Source: Heptranchias perlo (Eukaryota). Taken from it: a stretch of 64,000 nt of DNA. Shown here in pieces: positions 12,801 through 24,131 of the stretch. The stretch spans positions 1,798,001-1,862,000 of the forward strand of contig NC_090357.1 of assembly GCF_035084215.1 (NCBI RefSeq), in the 5' to 3' direction. Numbering within the stretch: position 1 is the first letter of the stretch; each line of letters begins with the position of its first letter. A model generated the notes under the pieces. That model ran no database searches, had not been told where the DNA came from, and was given only the letters and a program-made list of their open reading frames with translations. The position numbers were made by a program, and so were the translations under genes.

Positions 12801-14164
12801 AGAGGAGAGAGAGAGAGAGAGACTGCTAGGCTCCTCAGCTGGCCAAACACTCCGTTCTGGTGGTCGTGGGTCTGCTACAGTCCTTTAAAGAAGCTGTCAA
12901 GTTCCCGAGGGAGACCACCACTGGAATGTATGGGGAGGGATGCATCACAGGAAACCATGATCACCTGGAATTTGCTCAACTGCCTTATGGAGCTGGAGAG
13001 GAATCTCCCCAGAGCTTTTCCTGAAATTGGCTATAGATTCTTTCCCCCACTCTCTCAGGATTTGGCATCACTAGCAGCTGACGAGGGTGGTACACATGGT
13101 TGAGCAGTCTTGTGTACAGAAGGCATTGATGAGCCCGACAGCCTCTTCTTGCCCTTTTCATATGCTCAATATAAATGAGAGCTACACCAAGTATGGAGAA
13201 GGACTGTAAGAGAATCCATTCATCAGCCAACGTACCTGCCCAGCTTTTCCAAGATGGCTGCCAGCATCGAGACACAATGAGGCTTTGAGCACTAACCCAG
13301 GGAGTGAAGAATCACCGCAGTCATTCATTACTGCAATCCATCTAATTGCGTTTTGAAATCTTATGCTGTATTTGTTACTATTGTAGCGATGATTGGGATG
13401 AAATCCGTTGCCTTTGTGGAATATGTGTATTTTCACGATCTGCTATCTACACCCACACTGTTACATGACTTCCCACGGACTTTGAGCACTCAGGGTGTAG
13501 CAACTCGCTGTTCCCTGGAAAGCAAGACTCTCACAAGTCGGAAAAAAGCAAGTTCTCCATCCTAGTTGGCTCTTAGAATCATAGAAAGATTACAGCATGG
13601 AAGGAGGCCATTCGGCCCATCGAGTCCGTGCCGACTCTATGCAAGAGCAATCCAGCTAGTCCCACTCCCCCGTCCTATCCTCATAGCCCTGCAATTTTTT
13701 CCCTTTCAAGTACTTATCCAGTTCCCTTTTGAAAGTTATGATTGAATTTGCCTCCACTCACCCTCTCTGGCAGTGCATTCCAGATCCTAACCAGTCGCTG
13801 TGTGAAAACGTTTTTTCTCATGTCACATACACATTTTCTTCAACTGGGTTTCTCCATTTTAAAAACATGCATGCACCCAAATCCAACCTGCTGGTGTTAA
13901 ATGTATGAAAGGGAATGTGTGTACACTCACAAGCAGCTTGTGTTGGGTTACTGTGTAAGAGCAATGTGTGCACGGATCTGAGGGTGATGTTACCTTGGAG
14001 CCACATATTCCTCACGTGTAGTGTTGGTGTGTAAAGGCAGACAGGTGTGCATGCAGAGCCTGGTCTGAGTAGTAGTAATGTGCAAGTATGAATGTGTGTG
14101 TTACCTCTGTGGGTGTTATCTTACTGTTATCCTCCTCGTACTCATCGCTGCTGTTATCTGCCAT
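2952..14164 (-). CDS. IFT46: Intraflagellar transport protein 46 (IFT-B complex), spliced CDS of 304 aa from MADNSSDEYEE
   Basis: Exons 14105-14164, 11596-11723, 9157-9231, 8030-8123, 7507-7635, 6082-6203, 5089-5155, 4925-4985, 4161-4246, 2952-3044. All GT-AG, phases consistent, 915 nt in total. Recognisable motifs AYDPADYEHLP, LKPFIPDFIPSVGDIDAFLKVPRPD, LDEPCAKQSDPTVL, MPDIDTLMQEWPPEFEELL. Confidence 0.96.
3447..3882 (-). mobile_element. tRNA-derived Deu-domain SINE (SacSINE1/AmnSINE-like)
   Basis: tRNA-like head gtggctcagtgggtagcac..., central gccgtctttcggatg...gtggatgtaaaagatccc, L2-like tail. Confidence 0.85.
4161..4246 (-). CDS. IFT46: IFT46 exon (AILDIPVYKDRIHSLHVLFTLYSEFKNSQ)
   Basis: AG/GT boundaries, conserved peptide. 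Confidence 0.93.
4925..4985 (-). CDS. IFT46: IFT46 exon (VSLPTAEVNCDLPQYIDMIC)
   Basis: cctag acceptor, gtaagc donor, in phase. Confidence 0.92.
5089..5155 (-). CDS. IFT46: IFT46 exon (PMPDIDTLMQEWPPEFEELLGK)
   Basis: aatag acceptor, gtgagt donor. Confidence 0.94.
5691..5986. repeat. 39-bp minisatellite, about 7.5 copies
   Basis: Unit ggtaaatacacaggatcaggtagtatccgctaccagagg. Confidence 0.95.
6082..6203 (-). CDS. IFT46: IFT46 exon (QQLKVKSLENAEKNPKALDNWMDSISELHRSKPPANVHYT)
   Basis: CAGCAG tandem acceptor, gtgagt donor. Confidence 0.93.
6370..6760 (+). mobile_element. L2 LINE 3' fragment
   Basis: Homologous to 28915-29265. Confidence 0.8.
7507..7635 (-). CDS. IFT46: IFT46 exon (VPRPDGKPDNLGL...SKQHSIT)
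   Basis: ctgcag acceptor, gtaagg donor. Confidence 0.94.
8030..8123 (-). CDS. IFT46: IFT46 exon (YTPQSIELDHKLKPFIPDFIPSVGDIDAFLK)
   Basis: AG/GT boundaries, conserved peptide. Confidence 0.95.
8621..8890. repeat. 31-bp minisatellite, about 8.7 copies
   Basis: Unit gctgcacaggtacacagcaagttgggagcat. Confidence 0.95.
9157..9231 (-). CDS. IFT46: IFT46 exon (AYDPADYEHLPTSTEIKELFQYIT)
   Basis: tttcag acceptor, gtaaca donor; not in the ORF track, read directly. Confidence 0.94.
10570..11022 (+). mobile_element. Old L2 3' fragment
   Basis: Diverged homologue of 28715-29265. Confidence 0.65.
11190..11555 (-). mobile_element. Old unclassified tRNA-derived SINE (many degenerate copies in the window)
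   Basis: A-box TGGCTCAATGG at the head; recurrent gatcagga..aaccctggctga and gagatcagc(taactcagc) blocks. Confidence 0.55.
11596..11723 (-). CDS. IFT46: IFT46 acidic exon (EKKKGSKPMQQGFVENEDEEEDEDSDETESDEDDEEHGAPPE)
   Basis: AG/GT boundaries, acidic N-terminal tract typical of IFT46. Confidence 0.93.
13575..13815 (-). mobile_element. CR1 3'-end fragment
   Basis: tagaatcatagaa tail and ggaggccattcggccc terminal motif. Confidence 0.8.
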
Positions 14165-14199
14165 GATTCTGGTCTGGGACCGATTTGACCTGGGACCAG
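14105..14199 (-). CDS. IFT46: IFT46 exon containing the MADNSSDE ATG (14164); open in frame from its acceptor
   Basis: tttcag acceptor at 14200-14201, gtaaca donor. Confidence 0.88.
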
Positions 14200-14750
14200 C
14201 TGAAAGCAAACAGAAGAAAATATCAGTAAATCTTTTGAGTCTTGGTTCCAGGCCTACTGCAAACAGGCAATGGCTGTGAACGTGCAGCCAGGTCGTGATA
14301 TACATTACATGTATAAATGGTGTTGTCATTTTCACCCTAGTTCAGATAAAGAGGTCTTAATATTGGTGACTAAGAAAGAAGGGGATAGATTAATGGTTGC
14401 ACACTGCAGTGAAGCGGCCAGGGTCTGAGTGCACACCCATCTGATGCCACACACCAGTAATTTAATGCACAGCGTAAAAACCAAATGCCAGTGATACAAG
14501 GTCAGTTCAGGCTACTTTCCAGATATCAACAGTACATACTACCAGTGAAGCAGAGCACGTCTCTCTCCACCGATTAGGTTAACAGAATGTGGCAACAGGT
14601 TCAGTTAAAACTGTTATAAAACACTACAGATCTGTTGTGAAGGGGGCGAGGGTTAGTGTAGAGGAAGAGGACCTGTTTTTTAGGCTCAAGACCTTTCAAT
14701 GCAACTACTGCAGGACCAGTGAAATAAATTGAAATGCTGCAGGCCAGTTT

Positions 14751-17482
14751 TAGAATCATAGAATGGTTACAGCACTGAAGGAGGCCATTTGGCCCATCGA
14801 GCAAGAGCAAGAGCAATCCAGCTAGTCCCACTCCCCCCCCTCTTTCTCCGTAACCCTGCAAATTTTTCTTCTTCAGGTACCTATCTAATTCCTTTTTGAA
14901 AGCCACAATTGACCCTGCTTCCACCACCCTTTCAAGCAGCGCATTCTAGATCCTAACCACTCGCTGCGTAAAAAAGTTTTTCCTCATGTTGCCTTTGGTT
15001 CTTTTGCCAATCACCTTAAACCTGTGTCCTCTGGTTTGCCAGTGGGAACAGTTTCTATTTATTTACTTTGTCTAGACCCTTCATGATTTTGAACTCCTCT
15101 ATCAAATCTCCTCTCAACATTCTCTGCTCTAAGGAGAACAATCCCAGCTTTTCCAGTCTATCCATGTAACTGAGGTCCCTCATCCCTGGAACCATTCTAG
15201 TAAATCTTCTCTGCATTCTCTCTAAGGCCTTCACATCCTTCCTAAAGTGCAGTGCCCAGAATTGGACACAATATTTCGAACCAGTGTTTTATAAAGGTTC
15301 AATATAACACCCTCACTTTTGCACTCTATGCCTCTATTTATAAAGCCCAGGATCCCGTATGCTTTCTTAACTGCTTTCTCAATTTGTCATGCCACCTTCA
15401 ACAACCTGTGTACATATACCCCCAGTTTTCTCTGTTCCTGCACCCCCTTTAGTTTATACTGCCTCTTCTCATTCTTCCTACCAAAATATATCACCTCACA
15501 CTTCTCAGCATTAAATTTCATCTGCCACGTGTCCATCCATTCTATCAGCCTATGTCCTCTTGAAGTCTATCACTATCCTCCTCACTGTTTACTACACTTT
15601 CAAGTTTTGTGTCATCTGCAAATTTTGAAATTGTGCCCTGTATACCCAAGTCCAAGTCATTAATATATAACAAGAAAAGCAGTGGTCCCAGTACCGACCC
15701 CTGGGGAACCCCACTGTATACCTCCCTCCAGTCTGAATAACAACCGTTCACGACTACCCTCTGTTTCCTGTCACTTAGCCAATTTCGTACCATGCTGCCA
15801 CTGCCCCTTTTATTCCATGGGCTTCAATCTTGATGACAAGCCTATTATGTGGCTCTTTATCAAATGCCTTTTGGAAGTCCATATACACCACATCAACCGC
15901 ATTGCCCTCATCTACCCTCTCTGTTACCTCATCAAAAAACTCAATCAAGTTAGTAAAACACGATTTGCCTTTAACAAATCCGTGCTGGTTTTCCCTTATT
16001 AATCTACACTTGTTCAAGTGACTATTAATTTTGTCCCAGATTATTGTTTCTAAAAGTTTCCTCACCACCGAGGTTAAAATGACTGGCCTGTAGTTGGGGT
16101 TTATCTTTACATCCTTTTTTGAACAAGGATATAACATTTGCAATTCTCCAGTTCTCCGGCACCACCCCGTGTCTAAGGAGGTTTGGAAGATTGTGGCGAG
16201 TACTTCTGCAATTTCCACCCTTACTTCCCTCAGCAACCTAGGATGCATCCCATCCAGACCTGGTGACTTGTCTATTGTAAGTACAATCAGCCTTTCTAGT
16301 ACCTCCTCTTTATCAATTTTTATCCTGTACAGTATCTCTCAACTACCTCCTCTTTTACTGTGGCTTTGGCCGTATCTTCTTCCTTGGTAAAGACAGATGC
16401 AAAGTACTCATTTAGTACCTCAGCCATGCCCTCTGCCTCCATGCGTAGATCTCCTTTTTGGTTCCAATCGTCCCCACCCCTCCTCTTACTACCCGTTTAC
16501 TGTTTATATGCCCATAGAAGACTTTTGGATTCCCTTTTATGTTAGCCGTCAGTCTATTTACATACTCTCTCTTTGCCCCTCTTATTTCCTTTTTATCTTC
16601 CCCTCTGAACTTTCTATACTCAGCCTGGTTCTCACTTGTATTAACAACCTGACATCTGTCATACGCCCCCTTTTTCTGCTTCATCTTGCTCACTATCTCT
16701 TTCGTCATCAGGGAGGTCTGGCTTTGGTCGTCCGATCTTTTCCCCTGGTGGGAATGTATCTAGACTGTAGCCGAACCATCTATTCTTTAAAGGCCACCCA
16801 TTGTTCAATTACAGTTTTGCCTGCCAATCTTTAAATCCAATTTAATCGGGCCAGATCCATTCTCGTCCCATTGAAATCGGCCCTCCTCCAATTAAATATT
16901 TTTACTCTAGATTGCTCTGTGTCTTTTTCCATAGTTAATCTAAACCTTATGATACTATGATCACTGTTCCCTAAATGTTCCCCCATTGACACTTGCTCCA
17001 CTTGATCCATCTCATTTCCCCAGAACCCGATCCAGCAATGCCTCCTTCCTCGTTGGGCCAGAAACTTACTGATCAAGAAAGTTCGCCTGAACACACTTCA
17101 GAAATTCTTCCCCTTCTTTGCCCTTTACACTATTACTGTCCCAGTCTATATTAGGGTGGTTGAAGTCCCCCTTTATCACTACTCTATAGTTCTTGCACCT
17201 TCTGTAATTTCCCTGCAAATTTGCTCCACTACATCCTTCCCACTAGTTGGTGGCCTATAGAATACATCCAGTAGTGTAGCGGCACCTCTATTGTTTCTTA
17301 ACTCTAGCCAAACAGATTCTGTCCTTGACCCCTCAAGGACATCCCCTTCTCCAGCACTGCAATATTCTCCCTAATCAATACTGCCACCACCCTCCCCTCC
17401 TTTTTTTCCTTCCCTATCTTTCCTGAACACCTTGTATCCAGGGATATTTAGTACCCAATCCTGCCCTTTTTTGAGCCAGGTC
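14751..17482 (-). mobile_element. Degraded CR1 LINE in an IFT46 intron
   Basis: Frameshifted RT fragments (15545-16248); EHLGNSDH endonuclease-end motif (16831-17094); ATAGAATC tail. Confidence 0.92.
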
Positions 17483-18387
17483 TACCACTAGAGGAGAGGT
17501 AGAGTTCGATAGTCACTGGGTGCTTGCAGTGGCGGGAGCCCAGCACTCCAGCAATAACTGCAGGGTCTGGGTATAAAACACTTGGGGATCTGAGCATCTT
17601 GGCACCCCTGGGTCCTGACTAATGTGCACTCACAAACCCCAACACAGCGCACACCGTTATATTCTGGAGTGGACTCCTTGACGCCTCAGTGAGCAGCTGA
17701 GCAATGTCAGGTTTGATCTCCAGTACATGCTGAGTTAGCAGGTCTCAGCTGCGGAAGAGTAAGGGGAGCTGTAGTTGGACTCAGTGTCTCTGGGGTAGGG
17801 AGAAGAAAAAATACCCGGAATGGTTCCCAATCCTGATCATTAACCAGTGATTCCTGTTCAAAGTAAGTACATGTGCGTGGAGATCGAGTGGGAACGGAAT
17901 CAGGCTCATATAGTGAATAGCTAGTCAATACTCACTCTCAAGGCTCATGTATAAATAACAGCTATTTGGGTAAGATACAAGAGGGCACTCTGTGTCCCTG
18001 GAATTGTACCTCTTTCAGAGTCACTGTCTTCACAAGAGGAGGGAAAGATGTTACAGATTTTATTAAAAGACAGCCACAAGTGGTTTCAGCCAACATATCT
18101 TTTGTTTATTCAGTTTAAAACACACTACAAGCATCTCAAACAGAATAAGTTACAGTCAGCAGTGAATATCATTGATATCTGCACCCGTGACTTTGTCTCT
18201 GACGATTTCTCTCATCAACCTCACCCACTGAGGTATTTGCCATGTCATGTCATGCTAGTCCATGTGTTACTCAGCATGTACTACACTCCAGTCTGTGCAT
18301 TGCCCAGTGTGTAACATGTTCTGGTCTGTGAGCCCTCCTCTATATATCTCACCCTTGCACCACACACTACTATTCACTTGTACTTAC

Positions 18388-18484
18388 CAGGCTGCCTTGG
18401 GGATGGAGTGTAGATGCTCGCTACTTCTTCAGAATCATTGACATCCAGACTTTCATCATAAGGCTGGTTAGTAACGAGCTTTGT
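18388..18484 (-). CDS. IFT46: Upstream IFT46 exon, probably coding (TKLVTNQPYDESLDVNDSEEVASIYTPSPRQP)
   Basis: Strong ttttcag acceptor and gtaagt donor; 97 nt, splices in frame to 14199; no stop codon. Confidence 0.75.
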
Positions 18485-19442
18485 CTGAAAACAAATTAAA
18501 AGGTTCTTTCAATTTAATGAAATAACTGGTTTCAAAAGTTGAAGCAAATCAGTCGTTTGTGCTGTACTTTACAAAATAAACACCCTGGGCTAAAGAATTG
18601 GGGGGGGGGGGGAGAGGCAGGGGGAAGGAATCAGCAAGGGTCTCCATTCCTGATCATTATCCAGTAACTCGTGTGCCAGGCAAGTACCTGTAGTCCCGTA
18701 CCAAGTCAGAGTCCAAGCCTTCCGAGGAGGAAATAAAGAGTTGTCAGCATGCATCTATCAGGAGGTTCACCGCATTCAGGTTAACCTCACCCATGTAAAC
18801 ACACTGGATATCAGCACACCTACCAGTCCTGGTACATCACTGGATATTATTTACATTCAGTCTGTTATAAAAAGAAAATGATTCATACAGCGTTTTATCA
18901 CATGTCTCAGAAATGTACCAAAGCACCTCACGTAAAATGGATTACTCTGAAGTGCAGTCACTTTTGTTATGTAGGCAAACACAGGAGTCACCTTGTGTAC
19001 AGCGAGATCCCATAGATACCATGCGTTAATTGACTAGTTAATGTGTTTTTGGTGGTGTTGGCTGAGGGAAGATGTTGGGCAGGACATCAGGAGAACCCCC
19101 TGCTCTCTTAGTAGTGCCATAGGATCTTTAACATCCACCTGAACTAATGGAGCAGCAGGCAGCAAGGCTTTGGTTTAACATCTTTGAATTTTACAACACA
19201 GGAGGGCATTCGCCCCTCTGTACTTGTGCCAGCTCTCCGTAAGAGCTATCCACTTAGTCCCGTTCCTCTGCCCTATCTCTACACCCTTTTATGTCTTTCT
19301 TTTTAAAATATTTATCCACTTCCCTTTTAAAAGCCATTATGGATTCTGCTTCTAGTGCAGTTTCTGATACAGCAATTCCATGTCCTAACAATTGTCTGGA
19401 TAAAAACAATTCTCCTAACCTCTCCCTTCATTCTTTTTAAGT

Positions 19443-19464
19443 GTCAGCTTGGTTCAGTCAGTCT

Positions 19465-19497
<33 letters not shown>

Positions 19498-19925
19498 TGA
19501 GTCCTACTCCAGAGACTTGAGCACATAATCCAGGCTGACCTTTCATTGCAGTAATGAGGGAGCGCTGCACTGTCCGAGGTGCCGACCTTTGGACAAGATG
19601 CTAAACCCATCTGTCTCCTCAGGTGGATGTTAAAGATCCCACAGCACTATTTATAAAAGGGACACGTCTTGTGACAAAGGCATTGTTTCTGTTACTAACG
19701 CCGCGCAGGCAATAGCAGTTTCTAACCTCTAACCTTAACCCCAACCCCAAATTGGTGTCACCAGCGTAATGCAGGGCAGACTGCGGTGCCGTTGGTCACT
19801 CCCTTATAGAAGAGCAGGGGAGTTCTCCCGGTGGGATGACCAGCATTCCTCCCTCAATCAACACCACCACAAACACATTAACTGGTCATTCATCTCATTG
19901 CTGTTTGTGGGATCTTGCTGTGCGC
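19443..19925 (+). mobile_element. Deu-domain SINE with an internal insertion (about 19655-19805)
   Basis: Head and Deu domain, then the 3' half resumes after about 150 nt of unrelated sequence. Confidence 0.7.
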
Positions 19926-19929
19926 ACAC

Positions 19930-20460
19930 TGGCCGCCCCCATCGGCTGTCCCGCGCTCCGGGGACGGAGACCGCTGTATTAACAGGTCCTTCTCCTGATG
20001 TTAAGTTTAGGCCCGGCAGGGAGAGCAGATCCCCCCCGCCCCCGTTTAGCTGATCGCACCCAGTCATTACTTTCAGCTGCTCTCCCGGCTGTTTAACCCT
20101 CATCCACAGGCCGCCCCTCGGCCGATGCAACGCCGCGCTGGGGGTGACCGGCCCGAGGCTCGAGGCCCGGCCCGTCCGCGGGCACCCGTGTCACTGAGGT
20201 TCGATAAACGGGACGAGAGTCAGGCGGCTCCAACACTGAGCACGGGCCCCCGATATTCGGCCTATTCACCGCGTCCTAGGCCCCGTTGCTATGGTTACCT
20301 TCGCTCCCTCAGAGTCTGACTCCGCCATTAACTCTGCCGCCAAACACATTCGCCAAAGAGCGTAAGAAACGTCAAGAGAATACACCGGTATCGGACCTCC
20401 CACAGCAGCGCGACCGGCAGGCGATGAGAGGGCGGTACCGTTGCAATTTGCAGTGGCTGC
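19930..20460. promoter_or_regulatory. CpG island / IFT46 promoter and first exon(s)
   Basis: CpG-dense GC-rich stretch; minus-strand donor GCG|gtgaat at 20270/20269. Confidence 0.75.
20285..20298. promoter_or_regulatory. RFX X-box (GTTGCTATGGTTAC)
   Basis: Close match to the X-box palindrome GTTGCCATGGCAAC, in the promoter of a ciliary gene. Confidence 0.8.
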
Positions 20461-20945
20461 AGCCTATTTTTCAAAGTTACTTTAATTTCACTGGTCACAT
20501 TTTACCTGGCCATTTATCACATTGCTGTTTGTGGGATCTTGCTGTGTGCAAATTGGCTGCTGCATTTCTTACAACAGTGATTACACTTCAAAAGTACTTC
20601 ATTTACTATAAAGCGCTTTGGGCTATCCTGAGGTTGTGTAAGACGCTATATAAATGCAAGTCTTTTAAACCTGCAAGGTTCCTAGGGAGATGAATGGCCT
20701 CCTCGTCTGTACCAACCTTTGATACATTTCTCTGGCAAAATATGATTGAGGCAGAAGTACAGAGTCCTCATCTTGATTCTTCAGAAAAGCATTCCTCACT
20801 CTGTTACCTTCATGGCTTCAGCTCAGTTAAGAACATTTTTATTCAAAGTCCTTTGATCACAGGATTGACGTGGAGGTGACCAGGTTCCCAAGCTATGGGC
20901 AAGCATGCTCAGGCCAGTCTCAGCTATTCCACCCGAGTTCCTGAC

Positions 20946-20986
20946 ATTTACCTGAGGAAGGAGGAAGCCTCCGAAAGCTTGTAAAT
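20946..20986 (+). ncRNA. Minimal hammerhead ribozyme motif, Penelope type
   Basis: ATTTAC-CTGAGGA-A-GGAG(GAAGC)CTCC-GAAA-GC-TT-GTAAAT: stem I ATTTAC/GTAAAT, CUGANGA and GAAA core boxes, stem II GGAG/CTCC, palindromic AGCT in place of stem III. Confidence 0.7.
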
Positions 20987-21040
20987 TTCAAATAAAATCG
21001 TTGGACTATAACTTGGTGTTGTAAAATTGTTTACAATTGT
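20946..21040 (+). mobile_element. Penelope-like retroelement terminal (pLTR) fragment
   Basis: Hammerhead motif followed by AATAAA and ttggactataacttggtgttg, as I recall for elasmobranch Penelope ends. Confidence 0.6.
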
Positions 21041-21329
21041 TCACCCAAGTGGCCATTTTTTACTTGCACAAGTCTGCATCGAATGGAGGACATCACATCC
21101 GAGCCTCCTCCTGCTCAAACCAGCCATCCAAATGCACACATTTCCCCAGTAAGGTCACTGGCTCGTGATCGGAAGTGGGAACAGCTGATTTTTTTTCCTC
21201 CACTGCAGATGAGATTAGCTAACTCAATAACTTGGAGATTAAACGGCCCTGGGTCCTTGCAGTTCAGTGCTGAACATCTAGCCATCAAACTGGAACAGAA
21301 TCTTCGATGGTCTTCCCTATGCGTGTAAC

Positions 21330-21630
21330 TGCTCTACAACCCTCCGAGATCTCTGGCCTCCAGCGCATTCCGATTTTCATCGCTCCACTATTGGCGGCCA
21401 TGCCTTCAGCCATCTAGGCCCTAGGCTTTGGAATTCCCTCCCTAAACCTCTCCGCCACTCTCCCCCTATAAGACGCTCCTTAAAACCTACCTCTTTGACC
21501 AGGCTTTTGGTCACCTGTCCTAAAATCTCCTTATGTGGCTCGGTGTCAAATTTTGTCCGATTACGGTCCCGTGAAGCGCCCTGGGACGTTTTACTACGTT
21601 AAAGGTGCTGTATAAATGCAACTTGTTGTT
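21330..21630 (+). mobile_element. L2 3' fragment
   Basis: Homologous 3' end and tail. Confidence 0.8.
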
Positions 21631-22907
21631 GGACTTATCTAGGCAGATAATAACTTTATCCGTGAACAGCAATCCAATTACTGCAGTAGATTTTATTTAC
21701 ATTTAGAAATCCTAAAAGTGTATTTTTGAACTGTGCACAGAAACAATCTATTAAGCACTGGGACATGCAAAGACCAGGCAGAATGGCAGAAAATGCAAGA
21801 ACAAATGGGAAGTAGACACATCATGAAGAACCGGGGGTGGGGTCCTGACAGGGTGGGCCGCGCAAGTGCCCAAGGTCTGAAACTGGCCTCTAAAAAGACG
21901 TGAAGCTGAATCATAAAAGTGATAAACTCCTTATACTGCGCATGCAAAGCAGCACAGGGTATAATCACTGGGGCTGCCCTCCCCCACCCTCCTGTCTCCC
22001 GACAAGACTGGTAGATTTAGACATTTATGGCAGGAGATGGGCTGAAGTGGAGCAAAACAATTCTCTAGCCCTCGCACTGCCACATGGGGGAATCAGACGG
22101 GATCTTCTCCTGAAGCAGGTGCTTTGGCTTCATTTCAGCTGGTGAGACTAGCGGTCGGAGGGGATTTGATATTGTCGTGCAATAACTTGGGAGTCATGAT
22201 TTGTAGGATTTTCTCGGGTGTTCCAGTCAACAGCCAGGGAGCCGAGAGGCAACTCGCACAAAAATGCAACATCGAACATTTAAGACTCCACACACTGAAC
22301 CCTCAGGATATAAAACCTCAAACTCAGATAATCCCAACATCTCGCGTGAACAGACAGTGCAGCTGGGATCGAGCAGACTCCTCCCTGGATCTCTCACACC
22401 AGGTTAAGTGGGAGACCCACTGCTCGGGTTCAGGAGGGATGTCTGACGCCGTGTACCCTCCCCGCGGGACGCCGTGCACTCGAGTGTTTTCAGACAGCCA
22501 GGCTGCTTGTTTGTCCTGGGTAAGGAGGGGCAGGTTTGCCTCAGAAACCAAATCCAGACTGCAGGCGGGCGGCAGCTTTTACCCATTAACATGATGAGGA
22601 TTTCACCACCTGGTTAAACCGCCGTTAACGTTACATTCCTTTGGTGCTCATAACCAGTCAGGTCGTGAAGATCAACAGGCATTCTCGGTCTCCTGGTTAG
22701 TGGGCAAATATACAAGAAGGTAACAGTTTGTGGGAGGAGGGAAAGAGAACGGACCGAGGATCTTACTCACCACGAGGCCAAACTCAGGAGAAATGAGGGA
22801 AAGAAAATAAAAATAAAATGCTTCAACATTACAGTAAAAGCACGACTGTACATCCTTAAACTTTTAGCTTTTCCTCCCATTTTTTTAAACCTACATGTAA
22901 TTTATCA

Positions 22908-22913
22908 TTTATT
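22908..22913 (-). terminator. Candidate proximal VPS11 poly(A) signal
   Basis: AATAAA on minus strand about 1 kb after the stop; a second one lies at 21692-21697. Confidence 0.4.
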
Positions 22914-23963
22914 TACTGAGAGAAATTGAGACCTGGATCCAGCCTTATTCCAACTTACAGAACTGCAGGGATCAGTGTGTCTCTAGTCAACATTTACTTG
23001 GTACTTGGGGTCTCAGAGAAGCTACATCCAACCCTGGCCATAATGCTTATTCACGGCCATGCTCGGTTAGATGTGGCACTGCTACACACAGAACTAACAC
23101 TGTATGCTCTTGGCCGTTTGTACTTGGATTACAGCGGAACACAGCTGTGGAGGTGGGTGTAGTAAATCCTTCACTGTGTAAACCAAATAACTAACGTGAC
23201 TGGGCTGCAGACCAGACACTGGTACCTGGGCTGGGCACATCTTGAAACTGAAGTCCCCACTTAGACAAATCAAGGCTCTGTGACTGCATACAATGCAAGA
23301 CTATCAGGCTTAAATAGATGAGCAGTGTGTAGTGTAACTGTACACCTGGCTATGAAACACTGCACCAGGTGCGACCAAACACTCAACAAAAGGACAGGAG
23401 TTAAAAAGGAAACTGTGAGGATGTGGGGAAGATTAATGGCCAAGAGGGAGAACTGAATCACTATTCCCCCAGGTCAAATATGGGCCATTTCCACTTGTTC
23501 CATCTTCACTGCCGAGTGAGTGATGAATTATGCAGGTCTGTGGATTCATGTCCACCAGAACCTAAGTTAATGACCCCCTGCTACTCTGAGGCGGGACCCT
23601 CAGGGCCTGTGGAAAGTCCCTCCGACCCACTGTAAGGTTGGAAGAGTAAAGCAGTGACACCACAGGCAATTTCACTGCATTCACCGGTAGGTTTTCTGGT
23701 CGACCAGCTAGGATTCCCAGGACATCCACAAGACCGGGCCTCAGGATGTTGCCATGGCGATCGCAACTAACCAATTACACACACACAATTTGCATGAGCG
23801 CTCTGCGTTGCCCTGCACTAACTCACACTCCTCGTCACTTCTGCAGTCTCTAGCACCAAAGCAATTCAGCTTACTGCAACTTTTATATTACAGCAAGAGT
23901 TAGACATGAAGAGTTATTAAAAAAAACAAGAGTTTGATGAAGGTGCAGGCGTTGGGTTCTGTC

Positions 23964-24131
23964 CTAGGCTGTTCTCTTGGTGTGTATCAACAGGTCCCTC
24001 TGAAGTCCAGCATCGATGGTGGTAGTGGCTGCTCTCCCTGGGAGGGGGTCCGTGATTAGCGTCAGCTTGTTGAAGACCCCACGGCCAAAGTAATCCGCAA
24101 TGACAGAGAATCCGTCCTTCGAACACTTCAA
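23964..24131 (-). CDS. VPS11: VPS11 exon 16 (last coding exon)
   Basis: [22 protein letters not shown]...HTKRTA*. Confidence 0.95.
   Translation of the reverse strand: MKCSKDGFSVIADYFGRGVFNKLTLITDPLPGRAATTTIDAGLQRDLLIHTKRTA

Noticed and set aside
22124-22594. 156-aa + strand ORF
   Set aside because: No recognisable domain, non-ATG start, and it lies in or near the VPS11 3' UTR.
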